Shown: one piece after another, positions 24,201 to 39,101 of the stretch | Numbering within the stretch: position 1 is the stretch's first letter | How the letters are laid out: every line of letters starts with the position of its first letter | Assembly: GCA_030141605.1 (NCBI GenBank) | Contig: JAQGDQ010000134.1 | Location: forward strand, 394,816 to 458,815 | Reading direction: 5' to 3' | Source of the DNA: Tubiluchus corallicola | Lineage: Eukaryota > Animalia > Priapulida | Length of the DNA: 64,000 nucleotides | Position numbers and translations under genes: made by a program | Notes under the pieces: model-generated | What the model was told of the DNA's origin: nothing | Database searches by the model: none | Seen by the model: the letters and a program-made list of their open reading frames with translations, nothing else

Positions 24201-27200
24201 TAGGACACATAACTTATATGCATATATATGCAAACATTTCACAATTTAAAATGTTGTTCCAGGCAATGATTAAGGAATAGCGATAGTTCTGAGTTTTTCC
24301 CGAAATAGTACACGAATATTTTCTTGAATGTGTTTTGCAAATGCTCGCACAAATTAAATGTTTAATTGCCACCCTGATGTCTTAGGTAGGTGCTGCTGCA
24401 CTGTTTCAATTGTGTAGGTTCTGCAGCACATCAATTATGCCACTGCTGGATTGCTTTCATTACGCACTTAAACACACTGGTTTACAGTGTGCCACCTAGA
24501 CTTGCACACTGCTTCAACTATGTCACCAAAAAGAATGCTGATTAATCAATGGTAAACAAATTATTCCTCTATTCTGACATTGACAGAACCGTGTTAAAAC
24601 AATTTGTACCCTTCACTCGATAACAACCCAGATGTACTTACCTCTGTTAATGCGTGGAGCTGCCCCTCATGCACACAAACACCCATAAACCTAAAAAAAA
24701 TCAACATCAAAGTAATGTACATAAATCTACTAATCTACTTCAACCAGTAATCTAAGAATCTGCAGTGTATGATGGGATACTATAGTGAACTGAAATGAAA
24801 ATGAACAAAAGGACAAGTAGAATCATTTCGAAATACTTTCATATAAAAGTGGTTCAAGCAAAGTAGAGGGTCAAACAAAATTATAAGAAAAACACGGGTG
24901 AACCTGAAACTTGGCGCACTTTTGAAAATACGCTAGCATTTAGACTGCTAGTAACAATAGCTAACCAAACTGACAGCAGCCAAATGATAACTATAGTATG
25001 CCTTAAACATTCCAACAAAATCCTTTTGGTTCAACCGATACATAGAGAAACTAAATTCTACAGTACACTTCTAACCACTAGCAATTTACACATAACAATA
25101 TAAATATACGACACAAAATGCTGAAAGCAGAAAAACACTAACTATAAAGCACATTCTTCTTAATTATATATAGCTGATATCAAGATTATTGTAGGTGATG
25201 ACTCAAACAAACAACTAACAGAATTTTGAGACCAGATTTTCAGGAATAGGAAACATGAAAAAATTGGACACAATCTAGATTTGAACCAAGACCTTCTGCA
25301 TATAAGACGGATGCCATAAACTGTTAGAGTACAATGTCAACACAGATAATTCAAAGTTCATCCCTACTGTTCCAGCCTGTGTCCCAACTTTTTCACATCT
25401 TCCATTTTTCAAAATCTGGTTTCAAAATTCTATTAATTGTGGGTTTGTATCATCACACTTTTATTATTGAGTAAGAAATTTGACAAAAAAATGCCTGTAT
25501 ATGTTCTATAGCAACAGATAGTAATGTAGTAAATGCAAATTAAATTGAAGTTAACGCAAGTTGACTTTAATGCAAGTTGAAGAGCAAAAAGTATTAGTAA
25601 AACCGAAAACCAAATGTGTGGAAAAGTATAAAATACGCATAAATTCAGCATTGTATGGCCTGAATGACAAACAAATAGGCAAATTAAAACCCTTCAAGAA
25701 AACATTAACAGGAAAACAAAGCAGCAAAATACTTAAATCTCTTGTAGTAGATTTAGTTACTTAGTACTTTAGAAGTAGACTTAAGCGATAGTTACTCAAA
25801 TGCGTTAAACACGTTTAGTTAAACTCCTTTGGGAATTGACACATCTAACCTGTACAGGTGCACTTATGTAGAGTAAGTGATAAACTTTGTATAGGTCAGT
25901 ATCAGCTAATCTGTTTAAATAGCCAGACAGGTAAAAAGCCAAACAACAAACAGCCCCTTTCTGTCAATTTTTCCTGTGTGTTTAACATACAGTCCACTTG
26001 ATGGCAAATTACAGGTGATTAATAGTGGTCTGTAACCACTGTGAGCCGCGGCAGATCCTGTACGGGCGATATTACATTATAAGCAAAGCAATAAATAAAA
26101 CGAGTGAATATGGCTGACAATATTTAATGAAAACGGATGCAGCCAGGAAATGACACAGGAAACGTTCAGGAAATAGGACACAGTGCAACAGTTACTCTGC
26201 ATTAAGTTTGTTAAGTCAATTTGGGTCTGTCATATTAATACAAGAGAATAAAGTCTAATTCAGACAATGTCAGTCAGCCCTGAATGTTAAGATAGTTAGT
26301 TCCCAAGGAGAAATTAATCTCACTAAAAAATCAATAGTTTTATTTGTAAGAAAATGTAGCACGGGTGTTACTTCTCCTATACTCAAAATACAGAGGAATT
26401 TGCATTTAACCGAGAATTGGTATATTTCCTCCATAATGTAAAATTATATTTTAATGCATGCAAAAGGGCCAGGCATACGATGGAGTGAAATGAATGTATC
26501 AAACTGAAAAACTTTCTCTTTAAGAAATTTACTAAAAATAGTTAAAATACACCTCACAATGCTTTGTATTTACATTTAATTAAGGTATTGCAGAATTATG
26601 ACGTAGAATAGGAAATATTTTTTTAAATAACAGTTCAAACATGTACAGTGTAAGACATGCAGCGGTGGTAAACAAGTATTTAGGTGTAATAAATTTCAGT
26701 AAGAATTCTTAGAGCTATGGAACTTGCTTGTGTACACAAGCACAGAACCAGGTACATATGTACGTTGGGTGTAATATGTTTACAGTGAGATTGCTACTAG
26801 TCAATACAGTAATCTACATGTGTGTCAGGGATAATATATAAGGGCTTAAAGCATCTAATCACAGAGATCAGGGTATTAGGTGAAGCAGTGTAGGGCACGG
26901 AACACCTGATGTTTCATTAGGTAAAATTTAACTTACGAACCACTGGACAAACATGATATAAAAATTGAAACCCATGTGAACAAATGGGGGAAATTGTTTT
27001 TTTATTGCTTAGTTTGTTAAATTTTTAGAATAGTTACTAACAAACATATGTCAAATTTGTCTGCAGAAAAAAAGTTAAGGTAGTTCAGAGTGTATAAAAA
27101 GAAGAAATAACATTTGTTTCTATTTAGTACAAAAATGGTACTAAATGAAAGTGAATATATTTTAAAATGCAAAGATATAGATAGATGAGCTTGTACAAAC

Positions 27201-30200
27201 TCAACAAATAGACAGTAACTAATGGCTATCCAATTTATTAGTTATTTATTGGTGCAGCAAAAATTCTGAAAGTACGATCAGTTATGTCTGTCTTTGGAAA
27301 TGGTTGCAATATGATTATGAAAGCACCCAAGCAAACACAAGAAACAGGCCTGATAATTAGTGCTTGGATGAATTAACAAAGAGAACAAAAACACGTCTAT
27401 GCTTTCGTTTAAAACAGATTTACATTAGTTAGTCCATTTTTCTGTTCATCAGAAACAAATTTAGTTCTCAAAGTCTGCAAGTCACATACGAAACTCAAGC
27501 CCTTGCAAAACATAAACTGCAGAACTAATATATTTTTTAATAGAGATCAGTCAACCACATCTTTAAACAGATGGAATTCATGTCCATGAATTAAGCAATT
27601 TGCTGACTGAACTGTTTAAAATTTGAAAACATTTCATTATGCTGCCAAAGGTTTGGGAATGTTTATTCATGCTATTATCACCTGCTCATCTTACCTGAGA
27701 ATATTAGGATGGTGGAGACGGTTCATCAACTGAACTTCTCGTAACATGTTTGGCTTGTTACTGTTCATCACATTCATTTTCAACACCATTACTTGGTTCG
27801 TGACACGATGAGTCACCTACGACAAAAACACAAGAAAACTAAAAAACACGCTAGCAAATTACATGTGCACAGCCTTTACAAATCAATGGTATTTTTATGA
27901 ACTCTCACTTTAACACAAAATATTTTCTATTGATTCTGCATTTTGTATAGATAAGTCAATGTTCATGGGTAAATTTGGTCAGATCACACTAAAGTGATTT
28001 GAATATTTCTGCTAAAAATTTCCTCGGGCTTCTGAAAGCCATAAAAGCTTTTTTCCAATTTGTATTCAATTATGAATCTTTTTCTATGCAATATGCTAAT
28101 TCTCGCTCTCCAACAATGACAGTACTTGGCCTCAAGTTGGTTTAATTACAAACAAAGTGCGTGTTAAAAGTACGAGACTAAACTGTGGAGGCGGAATGCA
28201 TGATTTCGGAGATCAAACCAGTTGCATGTTTCGGCATAATTTGACTAATAAAGATCACAGTGTAAAGCTGTTTGAAATTAACTAGAAGCAAAATGCGATT
28301 TAAAAGTACAATACTCATTTTGTGAGGGTGGAAAAAGTTTATGCAGTTTGCAATGATTTCAGGCAAGTGATATCAAGTGTTTCTGCATAACTGGATTAAT
28401 AAGGATCACAGCAAAAGCCTGTTAGATTAGATTAGATTAGATTAGACTAGATTTATTATATACAATGCCAATGTGTACATATACATACAGAATAATATGT
28501 AATGTACAAAGTTACATATGTTACTGTTTGTTATAACGAAACACTACAACGAATTAATAGTTGCAATAGATCAGCGACTACTGTATATAGCTGAACAATA
28601 CCTGCACATTAACATCCATAAAAACTACATGAGTATTTAACAGCTTAATACATACTTGTTACTTGTCATTATTAAGTTATTTTGCCACCGTAAAATAGTC
28701 AAATCAATGAAAAACATGGGGTTGACAAACTTAATTAATTAACCAGTTCAAAGCCAGCTTGCCCCCCCAAATTTTTTAGCCATTTTTGTGATATAATACT
28801 GACAGTATAATGAAAGTAAGTTAGATTACAGAGAGGTATTCATTTTCCAAGAATTTAGTTAACTTGATATTTTCTTTAGCCCTTCTGACTAAACTTTAGT
28901 TTTTGGCTAGAAGTCATACAAGACGAGCAGGTCCTGTAATTAATCAATAATTCGTTGCTTTAAGAATAGGTTTGATCTATTTAAGATTACAGTAAACTTG
29001 TTATTATATAAACACATTACAAATTGATAAAATACTGAGAACTGAGACAGTGGAGAAGAGTTTAACAGGATGCACTAATTCATAAATGCAAAAACGGTGT
29101 AAACACGGATTAGCATGTTTATTAAATATGATGAGTCAGACGTAATAATGATATTCCAAACACTGAGCATTAAATGCATAAATCAGTAATGTGCAAACAT
29201 CCTATTATATTTACAGTAAATGCAACAACACTTAGTCCTAAACATTAAAAGAGCCTCAAAAAGTTTCATTACGTTGTTAATTCAAACATCATTTATTGTT
29301 GTTGTGTTCAGTAGCAGACGATCATTGAAGAATACTGGAGTGAGTTTGGAGTTTTTAGTTAACCAGCAATAACGTCTTTTGCTTAAAATGGCAAATTACT
29401 TAAGCATCTAATCATGGCACATTGAATTACTGAAGATCACTTCATAAGAAACACAATTATCCAATGATGTGATGTGTGTGGAATTAATGCCAAGACGCAG
29501 TAGCAAATTACACATTAATCACATATAAACGTATGCATGCAGAGAGCTGGACAAGGGCACAATTAATAAAGAATAAAAAAAATTGGTAAAAAATAAAATA
29601 GAACCGGACAGCATAAAATGGAAACCCTCGAAGGTGGAGAAATTTATGAAATATTTCTTTAAAGTATACACTAGGACACACACACACTGAATCATATGTT
29701 TTCACAGATTTGCACATTAGCTAATATCCGATTATCCGATCGCTTCACCATACAGATCTTCGCATACACTTCTATTAATGATTAATGGTACTTTTTAATG
29801 TCATTTCATCAAGTCATGTACAAAATGCTGAACCTCCGGTGTAACTGTGTTAGTGAGCTAACACTCCGTAAGGCTTAGTCTCACAAGAAGGCTTTCATAC
29901 TTATCTAAAGACAACAGTTAAACTTTGAGAAAACAACTCGAAAAGAGCCTGTAAATATGAAGAATTCCACACAAGTATGATAATGCATACAAGCACAAAC
30001 ATACTTGCACACGTGTAGCTTAAATGAGTTCAGAACAGAAACGTATAATTATGACACATAATATACAATATAAGACAGATTGTCTCTAAGTGTTCTTATA
30101 ATGTGACCAATGAGCAGAATTATCATGTATTATTCGTGAAAGATATCGTGAATGCAATCGAGGGTAAAAGTATCGAATTTTCAAACAGAAATGAACTTAA

Positions 30201-30762
30201 CCTGACACTAGATTGGATATGTCAAATAAACTTAACTAACGTATTATTTTTATTGTACTTCCTTGACTAACTACTGTACTATTTGTTATCCCTTTTTTGT
30301 TTAAATTACTATAATGTGTAAATATATTCGTATTTTTCTATGCTGCTAAGAAATTGAAAATTATCCTGCAATTTCGAAATAAACAGTAAAGATAATAATT
30401 ATAAAATAATGTGTGTGAAAAACGTGCAATGCAGTGAAGTTGAACAAACAGTCGTAATCTTGAACAAACACAAGTGAAATCCACAATGTACACCTGTTAA
30501 ACATTTTAAACACAACAAAAATTTACAACATAATTCTATAGTACAAATAGCAAGTAAAAGGGAAGGTTTAAATTCAACAAACCTTGAACACTTCAGAAAA
30601 GAAACCATCTCCGATCTTCTCGATGCTCTTGAAGTCATCTAGCCGGTTGAGGTTGGAAACTGCCAGATGCAGAGCCTGACAGGACAAAGACCTTGACCTT
30701 GGGCACTGCGGAGGTGATCCGGGAGGCGTATCATTGTCACTCGACTCTCCCTGCTGTGTCAT
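18255..30762 (-). CDS. TESK: Dual-specificity testis-specific protein kinase (TESK1/2, cdi type; LIMK/TESK family), ~689 aa, 11 coding exons
   Basis: Exons 30762-30583, 27816-27695, 24690-24642, 23604-23455, 23071-22989, 22749-22581, 22391-22305, 21746-21575, 20983-20647, 20240-20123 and 18857-18255 are all GT-AG with consistent phases (2070 nt). Motifs: [72 protein letters not shown]. An acceptor at 30881 implies upstream non-coding exon(s). Confidence 0.92.
19023..19690. mobile_element. Degenerate MITE hosting a minisatellite (last TESK intron)
   Basis: Ends cagagccagattaag...gcactaagcac and gtgcttagaggataacccgggctg are imperfectly inverted and resemble CAGGGCCGGATT-type MITEs. Confidence 0.45.
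19067..19445. repeat. 25-bp minisatellite, ~15 copies
   Basis: Near-identical tandem units ggtacacccatatatgtgtaattca. Confidence 0.96.
25221..25430. mobile_element. Second, shorter copy of the tRNA-containing foldback element
   Basis: Inverted ends gaattttgagaccagattttc...ggaaacatgaaaaaattggac and gtcccaactttttcacatcttcc...aaaatctggtttcaaaattc. Contains gatttgaacc (B-box complement), as at 2408. Confidence 0.6.
28422..28452. repeat. (TTAGA)n short microsatellite
   Basis: ttagattagattagattagattagactagat. Confidence 0.85.
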
Positions 30763-33099
30763 CTTATCACCGATAGCATTGATGCTGACAACATTGTCGT
30801 CAAGGTCGTTCACCTTTCTCTGTAACTAATGGCAAAAAACAGTTAAAACTCGCTAATACGGCAGTCACAGTTTGTGGAAGCCTGAAAAAGACGAAATTCT
30901 CACAAAAGAAGTTACAGCATCTCATATCATGAGCCTTCCGTTCATATATGGGAAGCCTAGTGACTTCTTAGCATTTAGATATAAATTGACAACTGCAGTT
31001 CCTTAAATAACAGGATGTGTGTGACATCACCAGATGATAACGGTAAGTTATAGTCATCACTTAGTAGGTAGATAAGTACTGTACAGTCTGTGTGCAGTCT
31101 GAAACCTGTGTGACAAGTGTAAGTCTTGGAAGCTTTCTAAAAAGATGCAACAGGAAGAAACAAAAACGGAAAACTTCCTCTATGAACATGTAGCACGCAT
31201 CACACATATATGCACCTCAATATATGACATGTTGTATATGTACACTTTCTAAAAATTATCCAGCAAAAAAACATTAAATAGAAAAACAACTTTAAATATT
31301 TATGCACATCCATGCTAGTTCTAAGTAAGCAGCAAATACGCAACAGTAAGTGTTAATAAAAACGGCACTGAACTCAGTTAGTAAATGAATGAGTGCTGCC
31401 AGAAAAAATGTCTCTTGACAGTTTTGTCAGCCATATTGCGCATACTGTATTTTTCTTGCTGAGGGAGGATGTATAAAATCCAAACATAACTGAGCCTCAT
31501 AAGCTCCTCCAAATCGGGCTCTTATTTTAGCTAGACTCCAATTCTACCACATCAACAGCTACGCTAAGCTGATCCCACAGTCAAGTAAGTAACAGAGTGT
31601 GCCAAACTGTATGAAAAAGCAGCTAAAGTAGTAACGACATGCAGTGGATATCACGTTAAGTTCGGAACGAATACGCACAAGAAATGCCCACAGTGAAAGA
31701 ACTTGACATTGCATATGTTCAGTACTGTGAAAACATGATCAAGCAGCCTACATATCCGAGTGCCTAAGAATGTGAAAGAATTAATAACTTTGTTAAATTT
31801 TCTTAAATTGGTAATGTAATTTTGCTCTTTGCAGCATATAGGCATGTCGTTTTTATGCACGAAATGCCCCATACAAGATCAGCAACCACTAGAAGCATGA
31901 CTGGTTCCTCAACTCATTGACTGGTCTGTCAGTATAAATATTACTCGATCCATGATATCCATGCTCACAATAAGAAGGCTCGAATATTGTCACAATTAAT
32001 AATTCTTGATTGCTTTTATGTCAGGCCTGAAAAATGATCTCTTTTAACGAAGGACTGATACTATAGGAATATTATAATAAATATAGCAAAGCAGAATTGT
32101 CGTTTTATGTCAGTACCATATATGCATAGTTTTGTCCCTTTCCTGTTCTATTATAAAACGTAATTATTTGATCCCATCCTGTGATGCTTAACAGGTGTAG
32201 AAAATGTATAGTAATTTATCACAATTTCTGTCAAAATTATTAGTAAAATTGTTAATGTAATGCATTAATTTTCTTATGAGCTTGGCAAGTTAATTGCAGA
32301 AAATTTGGGTATGGATCTAACTAGTTGGCTACGAAAGTCATGTTAAAATTAACCAAGGAGAAATTATAGATTTTAAATGATGTTTAAAAGCTTGCGTAAC
32401 AAAATTAATTCAGCTATAACAGCACTCTCACTTATTTGAAAGGCTCGGGTTAGAAGAAGCAAAAATTTTAGTAATTTAAATGGACCACCATAACGTCAAT
32501 AACTCGTAATTCTAGCAGATATTACTGGCCCAGAAAAGATGATTACTATTAAAGATATTTACGTTTATAGATATTCATTCATTATCTTGATCACCTTGTT
32601 ATAGTTGGACTTTTTTATTCATTTTAATTTCAATAATAACTTGATGTTGTATCTGTCCATACATATTTGTTAGGACGGTTAAAGAGCACAGTCACTGTGT
32701 CACAGCAAAACAATGACATAAAATGTCGCCTGTGTGCAACTTAAAATCACTTGGAGAACACAGTATAGCTAGCAACTAATTGCTATCTGTTCTGACAAAC
32801 AAAATAAATAGGTCAAATTGACCAATTTGCTTAGAGCAAAACGGGATGATTCTAAGTATCCTATCCCACTTTGAAGTACGGTAAAAACTAAAAAGTATAC
32901 ATTTTAACACCAAAGCATTTCAGAATAATTAAATAAATGTTCAAAATGTAATTAATGGCCAGGTAGTCCAGCTAGTGATGACGTCACAAATGTACATAAT
33001 TTTCAACAGCATGAACATTCCACAAGCGTGTTGCACATGTTTGAGAAAGCGAAAATTAAAGTACAGTGTATAACATTCCGCATGATAACCGAAAACTCT

Positions 33100-33354
33100 G
33101 CAAATGTTACATTTAGAATTAAAATTCAAGCTGTACGTTTACTGCTGTGCTTATGTATGAGCTCTCAAAGGTGTGCACTATGTCACAACTTAACACTACT
33201 GAACTTAAGAGGTACAATACCTGTTTTTGTGCAACGCGTTTCCGAGATGCAGGCATTAGTGCCCATCTAACTACCGAATGACGAAATGCATGTAACTGCA
33301 ATGAACTAGCTGCGCAATCATAAAATTACGTTTCTGTGGTAATAATTCTTTCAC
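33100..33354 (+). repeat. Interspersed repeat family, copy 2
   Basis: Similar to 34050-34309 and to the reverse complement of 610-862 (gaggtacaxxacctgtttttgtgcaa...aaatgcatgtaac...tgtggtaataatt). Confidence 0.75.
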
Positions 33355-34049
33355 AAGAATGTTTTTGCACTCCAGTTCCAGTGGCTAAGGGTTAAGTTTC
33401 AATTCAGATATTATACCAGGCCAATAATTTGTAAAAAAAATTGCTTGACAAAATAAAATTCAACTGTTGCCTTAGGTTCTGCTACTCTTCTATTTTGCTC
33501 AATTAGCTGTCTGTCTAACACACTTTTAAACAGACCTCCAAAATTTTATTTTGAGAAATTTGTTGAGAGTTGCTTTGTTATTTTAGTTCTATGTGATGTT
33601 TAAAAACAGTTTAATGTTTACCATAACACAAAGTTTTGTGTACTTAAAGGTTAATTTGTCTTTCCTGCGACCTTAAAGGCAAAGAACAATCATCTCCTTG
33701 TTAACTACTACTAAATATGAAGTCACATTAAAAACAATAGGCCTAATTAAACTGCTGTATGCATTTTTTCAACTGTTCTTTCATGAAAAAAACGTTTCCC
33801 GTGTTGTAACAAATAATTTCAAAAAAGATGTAATCCTAAAATTTCCGAGGTCAGATTTTATTTTTCGGGTGGAAGTTTAAAGGACGGCAGGATGATTTTT
33901 CAGATAGTTTCTGTTAAAAAAACAATGGATTAAAGTTTTAATTAATGACGAGCAAGCTAAGATAATTTTCAACATCAAAAGCATTCCACGAGTGTGTTTC
34001 AAAAGCAAAAATTGAAGTACACTGCTACTCTAAGAGATTCAGTGTATTG

Positions 34050-34309
34050 TACTAAAAATCAGCAAGTTTTAAAATTAAAATTCAAATTACAAATTTACCG
34101 CTGTACCCACGAACGAGCTGCGGAACATGTGCAGTTCGTCACAAACTAACACATTTGAATTGAGAGGTACAGCACCTGTTTTTGTGCAATGCTTTCCAAA
34201 ATGCGGGTGCTAGTGCCCGTCTAACTAACAAATGGCAAAATGCATGTAACAGCAAAGAACTAGTGGCGCAAATGCGAAATTGTGTTTGTGTGGTAATAAT
34301 TATTTTACA
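34050..34309 (+). repeat. Interspersed repeat family, copy 3
   Basis: Same shared blocks as copies 1 and 2. Confidence 0.75.
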
Positions 34310-37300
34310 TAAGTAGTTCTTTAAAAAATAGTGTTTCCTTTCAATATTTTAAATCATAGGTTGTTTTCACCTACAGTTTAACAATGGGTATGGTTTTGCT
34401 TTAAAATTAACAACAAAATTCCTCTAACAATGCCATTTAAATGTCAAAGTGTGGCTACAGACTATTGATTCCTACAGTTTCCAAAGTTTACATAGCTAGC
34501 ATTGTAAGTAAGCTGCTGAAATTTGGCCACATTATGTCATAATTCTCAGACGTGATGTCTGCAGTCGATCTGTTTTGCATTAAGTAAAAATGATTAAAAT
34601 TTATTTTGCATTTTTGTTAAGCAGGACTTGTATGTGTTTTGCACAGCAATTTCAATATTTTCAATTGTATATTAAAATGCACTGTAATTTGTTCGAGATC
34701 TGACTTAAGCCACTTATTTGAATGTGACTTTTCTTTACTATCAACATATGTTAGGTGAAACTGCATCTATATGAATATACAACAGACCCGAAAGTGGGGA
34801 TTCTACATCTTCTTTACTTGGGAAGTCGTCTACAAAGAACAAGAGACCTATTCAACCATAAGACGGTCTCTCCTCAATGATTTACGAAATACGAGAGATT
34901 TGTTGCTTCGCTATGCTTCGCTATGGTTTCACTATAAATGAAGTCCACGGGCTCACAAAAACGAAAGGAGAAGAAACGGGTTGCATTAGTGTGACAGTAT
35001 TTGCAAATAATTTAGTGTTTGTCCATGTAAATCGCATAGTGATCTACCTAAAATAGAATTACCAGTGATAAAAAAACAAAGACAATTATATAAGTTAAAA
35101 AGATAATGCTAAAAAGATCTATAGAGTCTGACTGAATATTAGAGGTCAGATGAATACAGCTCAATTGAATTTTTCCTATAGGTACAACTCCAGGTGTACG
35201 AAATGTGCGATGAGTGATCCGTAATGCGTATACAACAGTTTGTATCTAAACATGTGAATGTGTTTCAATATATGCAGGTAATGTGCAACCCGTAATGTGT
35301 GATGCGTGCTGCGCATTCACGCGAACGTAATCACTAGGGACTGAGCACACACAACGTAGCTATATGTGGATGGGAAACCGCTGTTAACATGCCTAGGTGA
35401 TTTAGTTTCAAGTTTCCGGTGACCATTTGGCTGATTGGCTTTCTGGAAATTGTTTTGGTCACTTTAAGATGTACACATACTAATGTTTCTTTGATTTGAG
35501 TTTTTGAGACGTGGAAGAAGCATATTATGTGTTATGCACCTAGCTGCAGTTCTTTTGCTACACGATGTGTGCGGAATTGTTCTCTCCCCTGCAAAATGTT
35601 ATGCACCCAAAACCTGTGCTCCCATTTCCATCTAATAGTACAATAATAAGCTAAATCCACCGGTATAATTCTCACCCGGAAATTTCAACATAGGCATAGC
35701 TTCCAAAAATTATTACTTCCAATCTTCTCAAACAGCAACCAAAATCGTGGAAAAAAGGCCGTAAGCTTTTTCACTAACACATAGATACAATCAATACACA
35801 TCAATCTTTACCTATTGCAAATGAAATCTTCACTTGAATTGTTTTTTTTTTAAAGTCACACACTGAGATGACCAAACAACACATGCGTACTGGACTATTG
35901 GTTTAACCACAGTTTTGTAAAGAGGTATAATAACTTTTTAACTACACTATGAAATGCAGAATTTATCATTCCAATGCATTTATCCATACTAAGAAATAAT
36001 ACATGTGACATGAACTCCACTTTAGGCTATTTGAGATTAATACTCCCAAATCACATACAACTGGTTATTCTTCAATAACGCCGTCTCTCAGGAAATAAGG
36101 TGTTGTAGAATTAGAACGAATACAAAAAGCATTGCATTTACTAGGCTTGAACGACGTTAGCCAGTTGTCATACCATCGAACAATTTCAGACAGGTCTGCT
36201 TACAATACTCTTGATCAAGGGTATTTGCAATTGGATGATAAGGTTTTATACCATCATATTTCTGTCAGGGAATATTTCTGGTTTTATACCATGGAATATT
36301 TCTGTCAGGGATACCTAATCAGTAATGTCATTGCTAAAATGAGAAACGATACAGGATCAACAAAGCCACCAGAAGAGGAATGCCAACTTTGATGCTTAAA
36401 TGACACATTTAAAACCTACTCTTTGATGTCTGTAAGTTACAAAATATTAAAATCATTGGAAGAGTTTACCTATTATATAAGGCTCCAATACCTAGTAATT
36501 GATCAACTGCTTCATTATGTATTGATCAACTGGGACAAATAAGTTCAAACCAGTAAAGATGTCAAAGTTACCAAGTTGAGCTCCCCAATCACTGCTTTCA
36601 AATAAATTTAGCAATAAAGTTAGGTCAGAATGATGAGAATGATGCCAAGGTCTGTTTATAAGTAGTTCATGTTGCATTCGACATCTAAACAAATGCTAAT
36701 GCCACGATAGGTGATTGAAAACTCATACCAAGCTGAGTAATTTGTAATTTCGCTCAGAACAATTAGTCATGACTAATTCTAGACAAATGTTTTACGAGTA
36801 GAAAAATGAAACAACAGAGAAAGCAAGTGATCATGTAAAGAGTCAATAAACATAACATGTGCTCAAAATCATTATGAGCAACAGGGTCTATCAAACATTC
36901 TATCTTCTTCAAGCAAGAATTAGCAAGCTACACGGTGAATATATGAACTAGTTTTAATATTAGCAACAGTAAGACAGAAACACTTAATCCCACAGTAACA
37001 ACAGCCTAAAAGTATATAAGCTACTAAAATATAAAACGGCAAACTTCTAAGTTTGCATGAGATTAGTCACCAATTAAAGGAAGTTTATTAATTTTCATTT
37101 CGATCGATTTTGGTTGCACACTCTTTGCACACCACTTAATTTTTAAAAGTAAAATCAAATTTTATCGACGCACAGCATTATGTGATGTGTGAAACAAATT
37201 TCATAGTTCATAGAACAATAAGGTCATTCAGATTACCTGAATTTCTCCGTTACTAAAAAATAACAGACAATTAAAATCATTAATCAGACCCGACGACCAA

Positions 37301-37934
37301 CTACCATATCAGTGTAACGAATTATTTTTAACGCCTATAACAAACACACGGCACTTGTACCCCAGCGCTAACACTATAAAAGAACTATTGCAAAGCATCT
37401 ATCGAACTAATTCGCGCATGATCACACTGCGTCATTTATCATTTATAAAAAAACGAAAATTGAAACTCGGTGAAAAGAAACTCAAGCAACAAACTTCGCT
37501 ACAAAATGTGACCTTTGACCCCCGGCGCTGGATTTTGTATTGCCAGGCGTATCCACTCAATTAGTATACAAAGATTACTAACCGTCGATTCACAGAAATT
37601 CGTTCATCCATTAGGACATTACGCTGCCTTTTATCACTCGTGCTCAATACACATTATTAATTTCAGTTCAGCATTCATTTTTGAATAATTTAATATTTTA
37701 GTAAAGAGCGGTTTCTGCAAGCATATTAATTGTATTGCAACATAACAGACCAACTCAGTAATGGGAGACATGTGACATTGCTTTGTTTTATGCATATATC
37801 TGCATATAGTAGGCCTACTTAGAGCAGATTGTCTGTGTGCATTGCTTTACGTAAATTTTCCATAAATTTTTGCTCGATTTTGATACTCACATGCTTGTGT
37901 GGTTTACATTTAAGCTCATGTTGCTAAGTTTCCG

Positions 37935-37984
37935 TATCTTCACCAAGATCGTTTCTTATTACGTCTCAGTACATTGAGTTTATA
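37935..37984 (+). repeat. 50-bp exact direct repeat, copy 1 (copy 2 at 44632-44681)
   Basis: tatcttcaccaagatcgtttcttattacgtctcagtacattgagtttata occurs at both positions. Confidence 0.9.
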
Positions 37985-38429
37985 TTTGTCCACCGGGGGC
38001 TGTCTGACGGACTGAGTAATTTTTAAATGGGCAGTGGCTAGAGGTATGGATCTATACTCGTCTTTTCTGCGATACCGAATATGGATCCATATTCGTAGCT
38101 ATTTTGCAGCAAATACATATCCGTGCTTTTTGTGAAATTTATAAAACATACAGATTTTGACAATTTTACGACATACGGCGTTTGGCCATGTGCCCTGCAC
38201 ATCATTGAAAAGTACATGCCTACTTAACACTTAATGAAAATGGTGATGTGGCATTATGCAGCCTGTAGCCGTACCGTTTTTCTTCGGTACCATTTTTCTT
38301 CGTGATATAATACTTACACTGTAACTTTTGTGCACTGTGAGTGTAGATGCTCATTTAGTAATGCAGTAAAGCACTTTTATACTTCAAAAATAAACTTTTA
38401 GAATTTTGTATTTCGTAAAAAATGTTCTA

Positions 38430-38637
38430 CGCCATTAATTAAAGAATGTACCAGCTTTGTCTCAAACACCAAGACGACAAGAATAAATTTAACAACTTTA
38501 TTATAACTCGCAAAGCAACGAGGTTGTAACTAGAAAGATGAGCGCAACCGGGAAAAAACAAAGAAGTTGAAAACAAAAGAGCAACTTTGCAAAAGGGGTA
38601 AAGTTGATAAAACTAACAACACGCATGTATACTGGCG
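38430..38637 (-). repeat. 3' LTR
   Basis: Identical by eye to 44178-44385 at a constant offset of 5748. Confidence 0.93.
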
Positions 38638-38640
38638 CGG

Positions 38641-38660
38641 CTTCTCTTTTCCTTTTTCTT
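38641..38660 (-). other. Polypurine tract
   Basis: AAGAAAAAGGAAAAGAGAAG on the - strand, 3 nt before the 3' LTR. Confidence 0.85.
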
Positions 38661-39101
38661 AACCGATGGCTAGAAACAAAATCAAACAACATTTAGTATA
38701 CATGTAATATGACACAAAAGGTGAAACTTGTAACTAGAATTACAATACAAACGATATAGAATGTAATTTATGAACTATCGCAATCTACGATGTGCGGTGC
38801 ACAACATTAATATACGTTGTTTATCATGAAAACAGTATGTGATTATACAGTAATGCGAATATAAGTGCATTAACGATAGCTGTCACAGTATTACATATAG
38901 AAAGAGGTAATACACAGATGACCAAAGAAATACAGCACGACTATAATAGAACTTAGCATGAAGTCAATGATTTAGGGTAATATTATCAGATTATGTTACT
39001 CAAAAACGCAATACAAAATTTGTGTGTAACTTACATTATAAAGTCAAAAAGGCACACTTACAACTTCTTGATATGTAAATGCTGAAGAAAAAGGATAAAA
39101 T

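Noticed and set aside
37230-37600. Possible first non-coding exon/promoter of TESK
   Set aside because: A donor-like site and mild CpG enrichment only; not supportable without transcripts.
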